A stretch of 53,371 bases of DNA, from positions 1-53,371 of the forward strand of contig CAZLEV010000004.1 in the NCBI GenBank assembly GCA_964558645.1. Direction: 5' to 3'. Shown here piece by piece: positions 19,645 through 30,439 of the stretch. Both the position numbers and the translations under genes were made by a program. Numbering within the stretch: position 1 is the first letter of the stretch; every line of letters starts with the position of its first letter. Source of the stretch: an uncultured archaeon (GTDB lineage: Archaea; Asgardarchaeota; Thorarchaeia; Thorarchaeales; Thorarchaeaceae). The notes below the pieces were generated by a model. The model did no database searches. It was not told where the DNA came from and saw only the letters and a list, made by a program, of their open reading frames with translations.

Positions 19645-21261
19645 ATGAACCTGTCTATTGCTCGATTAGGGGCCATAGTCGAAAAGAGAGATGAGGATGT
19701 GCCAATAGACGAAGACAGCACGGAGTCAACCGAAGGCGAAAGTTCTGTTGCCACACAAGCGAGCAAATTGACCAAGAGGTTTGGAAAACACATCACATCC
19801 TCTCTCACTGCGGCTGTGATTGCAAGACTTATGTCACTATTGCTTCTCAAGATGCTTGCAGTGACCTTGACCAAGTCCGACTACGGTCGGTATAGCCTAT
19901 GGTTCTCACTCATGTTCCTTACTGCAACTCTCTCCACGAGTCCGTTCAGTGCGACTCTTTGGAGATTCCTTCAATCTGACCAATTTGAAAAAGCCAGTCG
20001 GAAAGCACGCCTTCTCTCTACTGCGACAGTTGGGAGTCTTCTTATCTCGATGACCGTCCCAGCTCTACTCTACGCCATTCATGGGGCTACCGGACATGTG
20101 ATTGCAGAAGACCCATTCTATCTTCTGAGTCTTACAGCAGTGAGTTTTCTCACCGTTTCCTATATCTTCAAGGAGATAGTTCTAGTTGTATCAGGAACAG
20201 AGCAGAATTCCAAGGAAATCCTCGTTTTTGGTATCATGCTTTCCTCAGGTTCGTTTCTGGCAGCAGCTGCCTTTACTCTGCTGCTTGTCGATTTCAGAGC
20301 TACATTGATAGGCTCTTTTCTCGGAATGATAATCCCCGCCTTGATAATCTACCGTCACAAGCTTAGAGTCTACGGATACGCTCGTCCTAACCTAGACATA
20401 TTGAAGAAGTGCTTCTCCTACGGGGGACCACTCATAATTGTTGCCACAGTTAGCAGTGCATTGAGTTTCATTGTTAGCTTCTTCGTCGGAATGTATACTG
20501 GGCTGACACAAGTGGCGACATTGGGGGTTTCTCTAACAGTCGGAAGCATTGTGGGATTCATTGTCGGACCACCTCTGACTGCGTATAACGCATTTCTTGT
20601 GAACTCGTACGAGTCTGATTGTTTCGATAGTAGCGATAGAATATCTGCAAGGATAATCGAGATGTTTATCAGCTTCTCTACGGTTGCTCTTGTTCTGATC
20701 TTTTCTGCGGCCCCAATAGTTGTCACATTAATCGCCAGTGAGGCATACTTAGATGCTGTTCCACTACTCCCCTTCATTGTATTCTCAACGCTAGTGCTCT
20801 CGTTTTCTCAATTCTGGAAGCTTCGTCTAGACTTGGTGCAGAAGACACATATCGTCGGAATTGCCTACTTTCTATCACTGGTGGTGCTCATCATTTCCTG
20901 TGTTATCGCGGTGCCAGTATTTGGAGTTACTGGGGCTGCTCTTGCATTGGTTCTCCAGTCTTTGACTGTCCTTCTCCTTGTGGTTCCTGCGGGACAACGT
21001 TATCTGAGAATTTCTATTCCAAGGTCCTTCTTCGGTAAATGGTTCGTGGCAGTGGCCTGTCTCATAGCGGCCGAGAGGTTCTTATCGCCATTTGGTATTT
21101 TGATGCCAATCAGAGGGTTTCTAGCCGGCTGCGTATTTGTGGGGGTCATGTTAGTCACTCGAGCACATCGCCTTGATGATATCAAACAGATGGTCTGCTT
21201 GCTTCTTCCTTCAACACTAGAAACTGGACATGACAGCACGCACACAGATATTCGGTCATGA
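19645..21261 (+). CDS. Oligosaccharide flippase (Wzx/MATE-like)
   Basis: About 14 TM segments; LTKSDYGRYSL and SEAYLDAVPLLP motifs; a likely GTG start near 19699. Confidence 0.85.
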   Translation: MNLSIARLGAIVEKRDEDVPIDEDSTESTEGESSVATQASKLTKRFGKHITSSLTAAVIARLMSLLLLKMLAVTLTKSDYGRYSLWFSLMFLTATLSTSPFSATLWRFLQSDQFEKASRKARLLSTATVGSLLISMTVPALLYAIHGATGHVIAEDPFYLLSLTAVSFLTVSYIFKEIVLVVSGTEQNSKEILVFGIMLSSGSFLAAAAFTLLLVDFRATLIGSFLGMIIPALIIYRHKLRVYGYARPNLDILKKCFSYGGPLIIVATVSSALSFIVSFFVGMYTGLTQVATLGVSLTVGSIVGFIVGPPLTAYNAFLVNSYESDCFDSSDRISARIIEMFISFSTVALVLIFSAAPIVVTLIASEAYLDAVPLLPFIVFSTLVLSFSQFWKLRLDLVQKTHIVGIAYFLSLVVLIISCVIAVPVFGVTGAALALVLQSLTVLLLVVPAGQRYLRISIPRSFFGKWFVAVACLIAAERFLSPFGILMPIRGFLAGCVFVGVMLVTRAHRLDDIKQMVCLLLPSTLETGHDSTHTDIRS

Positions 21262-21589
21262 TACGACTCGAGTACTACAGGCTATAAGCTTGACATTCCT
21301 GTAAATGGTTTGGTCAGCGCTAGCTTGAAGATGACTGAACAACAAGAAGTTGCATATCGTCCTAGACAGATTGACCATATTCAGCTCTGCTAGAGGTTTC
21401 TGGGAGTTGATGTCATGGGTTTATCGTACTTCATTTCAAAACTCGGCTGTATAGGGATTGTCTTTGTCTGGACCTTCATCGTTCACAATCTGTTCTCATT
21501 CGGGTCTACATCAGACCCCTCAGAATCAGAGGTCATGGAGCAACGATGACGGGGGCTTAGATAATATGAAGAAGGAGATACTCACTGGA

Positions 21590-21775
21590 AACAATCCTAA
21601 ACAAGAGGATAGCAGAAACTGCATTGGGACGATTTCCCGATGAGGTCGTCGGTTTGCCTTAAATCACCTTCGGGGGTGTTATGGTCTGGGCATCAAGGGT
21701 CTTCAAGGTATCGATATCAATACCATTGTAGAGTTGACAGAACTGTCCTCTATGAGTCTTCCGGAGCCGTTCCCA
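21590..21775 (-). pseudogene. Possible GT4 fragment
   Basis: Minus-strand frame reads ERLRKTHRGQFCQLYNGIDIDTLKTL, containing the GT4 'yNGiD' motif, and is bounded by stops. Boundaries are approximate. Confidence 0.3.
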
Positions 21776-22741
21776 GTGCCATTATCGGGGAAAACAGAGT
21801 TCAGGTGTCGAAATTCACTCGGCTTGCGATAGATGGAGAGTGACATTTCTCATAATTCTGACCGTCCCAGATTCCCCAAGGTTCTTCTTTGTTCTTTCTA
21901 TCATGCTTACTGTTACGGTTTTGCGTATCATAGGAATGTTTCCTGGATCGGTGCGGTTGTCAAAAATGATGGGTCAGGAATCATCACGTGATTGGGCAAG
22001 ATACTAAAACGACCGACTCTGCCCTCGTTTCTGTTTGTCTTCATTCTCAGGTGATACCGCTGAATTACATTGAGATGGAGCAGGCCCTACTATCTGGCGC
22101 GTTTGTGTTTCGATACTTACGCCGAAAGAAATCTCAGTTTCAATATGGAGCTTGCCTAGAGCTGCATGGAGATTGCATCGAAGATGCGATGTCAATGCAG
22201 AGAAGATGGAATAGCTCAGCCTCTATGAACTCGACATCCTAATGAGAAAAACTCTCTGTGGGCCGAGAAGAGGCTGTGTAAGTGGCTTGTTCCGTCATCT
22301 TGACTCATGGGGGGCTGTCTGATGTACCCATAGAGATGACAGACTTGACTTGGCTTTGCACACTGGAGATGCAAATACCTTCGCGACATCTGGAAGGTCT
22401 GTATGCGACGCTCAGATTGGTAGTGTGCTGAAGAACCGTGGTTCTTGGGGACGAGAATTGGTCACTAGGTAAGGTATGGCTGTGAAAAGAAGACCATCAC
22501 TAGAGAAGTAACCTCCTCCAAATAGAAAACCAATCGACCGCGTTTAACACGGAAAGGAAAATCCCAGAACAGATGAGTGGTGAAGATGCATTGTATCCCC
22601 CGTTTTCGGAATGCAGAAGATGGATGAGATGATAAACCACAATTACATAGAGAGAGCTTTGAAAATGATGCCCATCAGCTGCAAAATAATGCTTTTAACT
22701 CTGAGCCCAAGCCGAATGCAAGAGCGTAGAGGTAGTATCAG

Positions 22742-24097
22742 ATGGTAACTAAGATTGTTGTCATTGGCATGGGTTATGTGGGCATCCCAATTGCAGCACT
22801 GCTGGCAGACGTTGATGATTTTGATGTCACAGGACTGCAGAGAAGATCGAAGAGGTCAGGCTGGAAGATTGATGTTCTCAACAGAGGAGAATCACCCTTC
22901 ACAGGAGAAGAGCCAGGACTGGAAGAAATCCTTGCCAGAGTTGTGGCCAAGAAGTCCTTCAGAGTCACTGACGATCAGGAGGTCCTGCGTGATGCAGATA
23001 TCATCTTGATTGACGTTCAGACGCCTACCGACCAAATGCATATGCCCAGGTACATGTCGCTCAAAGAGGTCAGTACCAGCATTGGCCAGAGAATCAAGCG
23101 CGGGGCACTGGTCATCGTCGAGTCAACCGTCGCGCCCGGAACCACACAGCACATCGTCCAGAAACTCATCGAGCAACAATCGAACTATGTATGCGGAGAG
23201 GACTTTGATCTCGCCTTTTCCTACGAGAGAGTCATGCCGGGCAAGCTGATAAGGAACATTGTGCATCTGCCACGAGTCATAGGCGGGGTCACACCAAGAG
23301 CTGCAGAGCGGGCCAAGGAGATGTACTCCCGAATAGTACAGGCACCGATTCGCATGACTAGGGTCTTGACTGCTGAACTGGCAAAGACTATCGAGAATGC
23401 CTATAGGGATGTGAATATTGCTTTTGCAAATGAGATGGCATTGGTGTGCGAAAGCCTCGACGTGGACGTCTATGAGGTACGGAAACTCGTAAACGAACTT
23501 GATAGCCGCAATATGCATTTTCCCGGCGCCGGTGTGGGTGGACACTGCCTGCCAAAAGATCCATGGCTCTTGAGGCATGGCCTGTATGAGTACGGTAGCT
23601 GGCGAGTGGAACCCGAGATAATCTCGCTTGCAAGACGGATAAACGACCAGATGCCGATTCATATGTCACTGCTGGTCGAGGATGCTCTGAGAGCTAGAGG
23701 AAAGGAGGTTCTGAACTCTGTGGTCACCATACTCGGCGCAGCATATCTTGAGAACTCGGACGACACACGAAACACTCCCGCAGCACCACTCGTCGCGGCG
23801 CTGACGGCGAAAGGAGCAGATGTGCGAATTCACGACCCCTTCGTCCGGGAATGGGAGTTCGGGCTACATGACATACTTGAGGACTTCGATACTGCTATTC
23901 AGGGATCAGACTGCCTTGCGCTTGTGACAAAGCACAACGAATACCTGTCACTTGATTTCGCTAGGGTGAAGTCGCTGATGAGGACACCTGCGGTAGTTGA
24001 TGGAAGGAATGCTCTGGATCGGAAAGATCTCGAAGCGATGGGCTTCGAGTACAGGGCAGTTGGAAAGGCTGGCGTGAGAAGGTCGGGCAGAAGCTGA
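22742..24097 (+). CDS. UDP-N-acetylhexosamine 6-dehydrogenase (WecC/WbpA-like)
   Basis: GMGYVG, VQTP, ESTVAPGTT, ERVMPG, KTIENAYRDVNIAFANE and GVGGHCLPKDP motifs. Confidence 0.9.
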   Translation: MVTKIVVIGMGYVGIPIAALLADVDDFDVTGLQRRSKRSGWKIDVLNRGESPFTGEEPGLEEILARVVAKKSFRVTDDQEVLRDADIILIDVQTPTDQMHMPRYMSLKEVSTSIGQRIKRGALVIVESTVAPGTTQHIVQKLIEQQSNYVCGEDFDLAFSYERVMPGKLIRNIVHLPRVIGGVTPRAAERAKEMYSRIVQAPIRMTRVLTAELAKTIENAYRDVNIAFANEMALVCESLDVDVYEVRKLVNELDSRNMHFPGAGVGGHCLPKDPWLLRHGLYEYGSWRVEPEIISLARRINDQMPIHMSLLVEDALRARGKEVLNSVVTILGAAYLENSDDTRNTPAAPLVAALTAKGADVRIHDPFVREWEFGLHDILEDFDTAIQGSDCLALVTKHNEYLSLDFARVKSLMRTPAVVDGRNALDRKDLEAMGFEYRAVGKAGVRRSGRS

Positions 24098-24199
24098 TGG
24101 ATATGCCCGAAACGATGTAGCAGAAGTCTTAGACTGCAATCCAGATTGAGAAGTTCCATCCTTGATAACCCCCAGACTGAACTCCTATAGGTTATAAGC

Positions 24200-24360
24200 T
24201 CCTGAATGTGGCTGTGGACGCCGCCGAATCATCTCACTCCCTGAAGGGGAGTGGCGGGCTGTGCGCTTCAAAAAGAAGGGGAGACTTTTCATAGAGTTTC
24301 AGGGTAGAAAGTAGATATTCAAAGGCGGGAAGGCCCCTTTCACGGGGCGCGAACCCGGTC
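24200..24360. mobile_element. Possible non-autonomous IS200/IS605-like remnant (two hairpins)
   Basis: CACTCCC-TGAAG-GGGAGTG (24235-24253) and GCCCC-TTTCAC-GGGGC (24333-24348); no transposase ORF. Confidence 0.3.
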
Positions 24361-24953
24361 TTGATGATATTGTGGCCGACTCTTATAAGAAGCCATCAAG
24401 AACGGTATATGATACTCATTTTCTGAAGAGCAGTATGGCAATCCTCCCAGATGGCCAGAGTCTAAGACATTCTTAGAGCATTCTTAGTTATCTATCAATC
24501 AAGGAAATGAGTTGTGAAATTAGGAAATTGATGCACAAAAGAGCTTGAACTATAGTTGAATCTGCTATTGCCGTCACAACCGCAGAGGATATTGTGGATT
24601 GTAAAGTCAAAGATGAATCGGGATTTTCTGGAATATCCGACTACGACTAACATTTCCAACATGAAGGATGCGAAACGAGCTCGTAGCAACGTGAGCACTT
24701 AGAGAGCTGTAGCCATGCGCTTTCTCAGATAGTAGAACAAACAAAGGTGAATCTAACAAAGCATCGACAAGGTGTCATTGAAACTACGACTCTCATTACA
24801 GCGGAAACATCTAAGACGGTTAAGAAAGGTTTTTGAGATGTGACCATAACATCTGCTGATGGAATCGCCTTGGCATGCGAGGGTTTCGGCCTCAATCTGT
24901 GGAATCTGAGAAAACTCAAAGGCATTGATCACAAGATCAACGAGAGATGAAAG

Positions 24954-26057
24954 ATGAAAAAAATATGCATTGTCACTGGCACACGGCCCCAGATAATCAA
25001 GACTGCCCCTGTAATCAAGGCAATTCAGAGAGAAGGCATTGAGTTCTTCTTTGTTCACACAGGTCAACACTACGATTTCGAGATGGCGAAGCAATTCTTT
25101 GATGAATTTGCACTTCCACAGCCTAACTGCAACTTGGGTGTGGGAAGCGGCGATGGCACATATCAGATTTACACAATCATCAGATTATTGGCCGAGATAG
25201 CTAAAAAGCACTCGTTTGACTCAATGCTTGTCCCTGGAGACACTCATTCTGCCTTCGCAGCAGCCATAACTGCAATCAAATCGGACATTCCCCTCGTACA
25301 TCTAGAAGCAGGGCTTCGCAGCTATGATATGATAATGCAAGAAGAAACAAACAGAAGACTAATCGACCATGGAGCTTCCATATTGCTGGCACCAACTGAT
25401 ACCGCGGTATCTAATCTAGAATCAGAGAACGTACTAGGTCGAATCTATCTTACAGGGGACACAATGTACGACCTCCTTAAAGTCATGATACCTCAATTTA
25501 GGAGCATCGATATCAGAGAGCACTTTGGAGATACTCGGATTGCAGACGATTTCGCGGTTCTCACTTTTCATCGTCGTGAAAATGTGGAGAATGAAGCCAG
25601 ACTAAGAGAAGTGATGAAATCCCTGAATTCGATGGATTTTCAGGTATTATTTCCGGCTCATCCAAGAACGAAGAAACGGATAGACAAACTTGGGATAAAG
25701 CTTCCCACCAATGTCCTAGTACTGGATCCATTGCCCTACACAACAATGATGGCTCTTGTCATTAATGCATCTTTGGTGATTACTGATTCGGGGGGTTTAC
25801 AGAAGGAGGCATATCTTCTGAACACGCCGTGCGTTACTGTCCGGAACAATACGGAGTGGATAGAAACCATTGACGCTGGCGCCAATGTTCTGGCATATGC
25901 CAGCAAAGGAGATCTGGTGGCTAAGGCTCTGACCATGTGGGGGAAGAAATTGAATAACGACTCTAATGTCTATGGTGATGGTAATTCGTGCAAGAGAATT
26001 GCTCAGCTCCTGAGATCTGATAAAGGAAGAATACCAACAAGCAATATGGTTGACTAA
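24954..26057 (+). CDS. wecB: UDP-N-acetylglucosamine 2-epimerase, non-hydrolysing (WecB/WbpI-like)
   Basis: GTRPQIIK, HTGQHYD, HLEAGLRSYD, EETNR and TDSGGLQKEAY motifs. Confidence 0.92.
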   Translation: MKKICIVTGTRPQIIKTAPVIKAIQREGIEFFFVHTGQHYDFEMAKQFFDEFALPQPNCNLGVGSGDGTYQIYTIIRLLAEIAKKHSFDSMLVPGDTHSAFAAAITAIKSDIPLVHLEAGLRSYDMIMQEETNRRLIDHGASILLAPTDTAVSNLESENVLGRIYLTGDTMYDLLKVMIPQFRSIDIREHFGDTRIADDFAVLTFHRRENVENEARLREVMKSLNSMDFQVLFPAHPRTKKRIDKLGIKLPTNVLVLDPLPYTTMMALVINASLVITDSGGLQKEAYLLNTPCVTVRNNTEWIETIDAGANVLAYASKGDLVAKALTMWGKKLNNDSNVYGDGNSCKRIAQLLRSDKGRIPTSNMVD

Positions 26058-26301
26058 CTAAATAGACAGCTTCGATCCTGATTCAGCATCGTCAGTCTAT
26101 CAGAAGGTTTGAGATAATCATAGAGGATACAACCTTACAGATTATTGATTAAGCTAATCGTTAATGAAGGATGTTTTGGTTCATACCCTCATTGTACGCA
26201 GAACATAACGGTACTCGGTACCACTGTGTCTTCGGCCCCTGAATACGTGTCTGGTTTCAGAGAGAATTCATGACACACCAGAAAACCAATTATCCTTTTT
26301 T

Positions 26302-27462
26302 CTAGGTAAACTCGATTTGCAGCTCATCGTAGATAGAGATAAGATTCTTTGAAGCTTCACTCCAGTTGAACACGCTTTTCACCATATTAGGCGCCAGTCG
26401 GGCGATTCTAGATCTTCTCGCAAAATCATGTCTGAGTGTTTCAATTGCGTTCACGATGTCTTGGGGTGTATATGGGTTCCTTATGACATACGCTCCCACT
26501 TTTTCAAGAATAGGCATTGTTTGAGATAAATCGGTATATATGAAAGGTATACCAATTGCCATATATTCAAATAGTTTATTGGAGAGACCAGCATTATTAT
26601 TGCGGGTACTCTCATAAAGGGCTAAAGCAATATCGCAGTTTGAAGTAAGCTCAAGAAGATCTTCGTAGTTTACTGTGCCAGTAAAATGAAAACAATCATC
26701 TACTCCGTTTACTTGTGTCAACTCGACCAGTGCCTGCAGAAAGGGGCCACCCCCTATTATGTAGAACAGAAAAGGTTCGACTTTCATGTCTTTCATCAAG
26801 ATAGCCGCTTCGACAATCTCTTCGTAGCCGCGTTGCTTAAGCACCTGTCCCGAATAGGCAATTCGTATATTTGCGCCAAGACCACCTTTCCAGAGGGGGA
26901 TAGGTCCGAGTTTTGACTCGATTTCCTCAACATCCGGCACGTTCATCACAAGATTGCGGGGTGCAGAAATCCGCTTGCTCAGAGCATTCAAGATTATCGG
27001 ACTAACGGATATTATGTGGTCAACAAAAAGTCCACATAATAGCTCTAGACAGAGGAAGAAGACATAGTGAAAATACGTGAGCTTATCTAGAGCTGCTTCT
27101 GGAAACAATTCATGTGAGTCATAGACTAGCTTTGTGGAACGATTGCGGAGAACGTAGGCACAAGCAGGCGGAAGAGCTGTTAAGTCATGTGCGTGCACTA
27201 CGTCAATCCTTTTTCTGCTTCTCACAAGATAATGCAATGCTGAAATCCAGAAACTAAGCATTGGAATCAGAGCATTACGCCTTTGAGGAGAAACCTGTAG
27301 TAGGGATACTCTCTCCACACCGTCAACACGACTTTGCTGGTCGTTACCCGAATCTAGGTCTACAACCGTGACATCGTGTCCTTCTTGAGCCAATGTCTTC
27401 GCCTCTCTCTTGACTCGACTATCGATTGGAAAGTACTTGTAAAGCAGCATGACTATATTCAT
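26302..27462 (-). CDS. Glycosyltransferase family 4
   Basis: DSRVKREA, HAHD, YDSHE and NKLFEYMAIGIP motifs; start taken at MNIVMLL. Confidence 0.9.
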   Translation of the reverse strand: MNIVMLLYKYFPIDSRVKREAKTLAQEGHDVTVVDLDSGNDQQSRVDGVERVSLLQVSPQRRNALIPMLSFWISALHYLVRSRKRIDVVHAHDLTALPPACAYVLRNRSTKLVYDSHELFPEAALDKLTYFHYVFFLCLELLCGLFVDHIISVSPIILNALSKRISAPRNLVMNVPDVEEIESKLGPIPLWKGGLGANIRIAYSGQVLKQRGYEEIVEAAILMKDMKVEPFLFYIIGGGPFLQALVELTQVNGVDDCFHFTGTVNYEDLLELTSNCDIALALYESTRNNNAGLSNKLFEYMAIGIPFIYTDLSQTMPILEKVGAYVIRNPYTPQDIVNAIETLRHDFARRSRIARLAPNMVKSVFNWSEASKNLISIYDELQIEFT

Positions 27463-28202
27463 GTCACAAACTCCTCTTGTCTTCGTCTTATCTTGGAACA
27501 GGCAGTAAGACAAACGATGTTGATATATACTTCATGCTTGATAAAATGACGGAGTGAACATAGCTACACCCAAAGGTATTCATGCTAACAGAAGGTGAGC
27601 AAAGAACCTGCAGAAGCATCACTATTACCTTATTCAGGAATGGTTTGATTCGAAATTTCGCAATCTTTATGATGGCTGAGGAAACTCCTGTGCGACCCCA
27701 GGAGGCTGCATCTCAGAGTAGGAGAGTTCCATCCTAAGGCTTACCGTATCTTTTGTTGCCCAGCTGCTAACTCCTACGGATTGTGTTCTTGTGAGGAAGG
27801 ATTCTGGGATAGACGCCCTCAAGAGGGAGGCCGTATAGCAAAGTCACCACGAACGTATTCGACTGACCTGATTTGACTCTAGCATTAGTTCTTCAGACAC
27901 GCTGAACGCCGGAGTACATCTGATAGTCTAATCTCAGATTCATGTCTATGATTCTCATTGTGTTTCTGGATGTCGGGGTCTATCCAAACACCTCCTGAAA
28001 GCACATTGGAGAATTTGCCAGTATCCAGAGGATAGCACGGTCATCACAGTCAAGGCCGTATTATTGAACAGCTGCTTTCAAGGCCTGAAATCAACGAAGT
28101 CTGGCTTGCAAGAAGAAACAGGCTCCTCCAAGAGAAGGATGATGTCGTGGAATTTGCAGTTGGTTACATCAAAGGAATCATATCGAGCATAGAAGGAAAG
28201 CA

Positions 28203-28997
28203 TTAGACGAGTTGCATCCATATCTCCCTTCGTCTAGTAGCGAATTGCTGTGTTGCTATATTAATCTTCGAGTAGTTCTGAGATATGCGTCCCACTAGGG
28301 CTCTTAACCACAGAGGAAAGAATCGCTTCATGTATTTCCCAATTTTGATTTGGCTCTGTCTCACCCCTTCCAGATAGATAGAGCGGCGTGGAACATCCGC
28401 GATTCGAATGTCGAAAGCCTTCATTCTGATGATAAAGTCGGAAACATATCCATAGCCTTCACAGAAATCGCTCCAGTCAATCCGACCCACTGCTGTCCGA
28501 GAGATGGAGGTATAGCCATCTTGCGTGTCGAAGATCGACCAGTAACCCGAAAACAGAACGGTCATCACTGACAGAGAGATATTGCCCAGCAGTCTTCGCC
28601 AGGGCATTACCTCGAATGCATCAACCAAGAATCTGTTACCCTTGCAGTAGTCCGCCTCGTCTTTGGCAATCGGTTTGATGAATCTCCACATCTCAGACTG
28701 ATCCATCTGATTGTCGCCCCCAACAACAACGGCAACATCTCCACCGTTGAGATAGAACCACATGTAACCAGATATGATGGCCCCTCCCGGCCCACGATTT
28801 TCTTTGTGACGTATGAAGTTTATTCTCGGGTCTGCCTTAGCTTTCTCCTCCACAATCATTGGCGTTGAGTCTGTACTTGCATCATCAACAACCAGAACTG
28901 TATCAACGTACTCAGGAACAGCATCGAGAGTATCTCCTATGAGCTTCTCTTCATTATAAGCGATGGAAATTAGAGTTATTCTTTGGTTGTAGAGCAT
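28203..28997 (-). CDS. Glycosyltransferase family 2
   Basis: AYNEE, VVDDASTD, GDNQMD, KGNRF and DTQDGYT motifs. Confidence 0.9.
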   Translation of the reverse strand: MLYNQRITLISIAYNEEKLIGDTLDAVPEYVDTVLVVDDASTDSTPMIVEEKAKADPRINFIRHKENRGPGGAIISGYMWFYLNGGDVAVVVGGDNQMDQSEMWRFIKPIAKDEADYCKGNRFLVDAFEVMPWRRLLGNISLSVMTVLFSGYWSIFDTQDGYTSISRTAVGRIDWSDFCEGYGYVSDFIIRMKAFDIRIADVPRRSIYLEGVRQSQIKIGKYMKRFFPLWLRALVGRISQNYSKINIATQQFATRRREIWMQLV

Positions 28998-29231
28998 CTA
29001 GAATCATTCCCTGGACCTCTGGGGCCTCATTTCATCCGCGTATCCCAGCAGCAGTCTATTACATTAAATAAGTTACTCAACGGGCCCCTAGTTGGTATTC
29101 AATAATGGATTCTGAGCAGTCATGAGAAACGGACAAAGTATATGAGTGCCAATCTGGGCAAGGTGCGAAAGGCTCGGATTTAAAAAGACAGCCAAGAAAA
29201 TCGCTTACTGGAAATCAAGAGGAAGACGACT

Positions 29232-30266
29232 ATGGCTAAGGTGAGGGCAATATTACCTGTTGCTGGCAATGCCACGAGACTGCGCCCTATTACGAATCAT
29301 AAGGCCAAGGCTTTGGTCGAAGTCGCAGGGAAACCCGTTGTAGAACATATTCTGCTTAATCTGGCACGAAACGGTGTTGAGGATTTGGTCCTTGTAGTTG
29401 GCCACATGAAAGACAGCATCATTGACTGGGTCCAGAAGCATTTCGGGAACCGCTTTGTTTTGTCCTTCGTTGAGCAGAAAGAATTGCTTGGGCTAGGCCA
29501 TGCCATTCATGCTGCAAGAGACTACCTCAAAGACGAGATTCTCATAATGTTGGGAGATGAGATTCTCTCACGCAACTACACGCAGATGATCAAAAACTGT
29601 AGTATCAATCAAGAGATTGACGCCGCTGTGGGAACGATGATTGTAGACAATCCGTCCCATTATGGAATGCTCGAAGTCGATAGTGAGGGCTTCGTCACTA
29701 GGATGGTAGAGAAACCCAAGCACTTCGATGGGAACCTCGCAATTGCAGGGGTGTACTACTTCAAGAGAGGAGAAGACCTCGCCGATGCTCTGCAAATTCT
29801 CCTCCGGAGGAAACTACAGGGAGAGGAGTACCAGTTGACAGACGCCCTCCAACTGATGGTTGAAGATGGCTATAAGTTCACAACCTTCTCGGTGGGGGAA
29901 GGCTATGACTGTGGTCGCCCCGAATCGCTTCTCAAAAGTAATATTCGCATGCTCATAAATAATCACTATGTGGATTCCGAGGCGAAGCTCGTTGATTCAA
30001 CAGTGATTCCTCCTTGTCATATTGGCAAGAATGCTCGAATTGTGAACTCGATTCTCGGCCCCTTTGTTTCTGTCGGCGCTGATGCCTTGGTCGAGTCCTC
30101 ATCGCTATCAAACGCTATAGTGGAGGCTAGATCGCGGGTAGAATTCAAAGAGAGCAAATATAGCATATTCTCAGAGTCGGCATCAATCGAACTGGATGAC
30201 CGAAAAGCCGTACAAATAGCCGCTCTGAGTGCCAAGCTTCAGCAATCAGGGGCCAACCCGCGATAG
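29232..30266 (+). CDS. Sugar-1-phosphate nucleotidyltransferase (glucose-1-phosphate thymidylyltransferase-like)
   Basis: AGNATRLRPIT..KAK, LGLGHA, VEKP and YQLTDAL motifs; C-terminal beta-helix. Confidence 0.9.
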   Translation: MAKVRAILPVAGNATRLRPITNHKAKALVEVAGKPVVEHILLNLARNGVEDLVLVVGHMKDSIIDWVQKHFGNRFVLSFVEQKELLGLGHAIHAARDYLKDEILIMLGDEILSRNYTQMIKNCSINQEIDAAVGTMIVDNPSHYGMLEVDSEGFVTRMVEKPKHFDGNLAIAGVYYFKRGEDLADALQILLRRKLQGEEYQLTDALQLMVEDGYKFTTFSVGEGYDCGRPESLLKSNIRMLINNHYVDSEAKLVDSTVIPPCHIGKNARIVNSILGPFVSVGADALVESSSLSNAIVEARSRVEFKESKYSIFSESASIELDDRKAVQIAALSAKLQQSGANPR

Positions 30267-30439
30267 TCGTCGACGATTGTATGCAAGTATAGGCCCCGAC
30301 TCATTAATATAGAACAGTCAACTGTATCACGGAACGTGCAATCTGCAAGTATCGCGACCAAACAAAGGCTGCTCTGCAGGGTATAGAGCGTATGCAGTTC
30401 AAAATTCATTTCAAGCCTCATGGACGGGAAGAATGAGAA

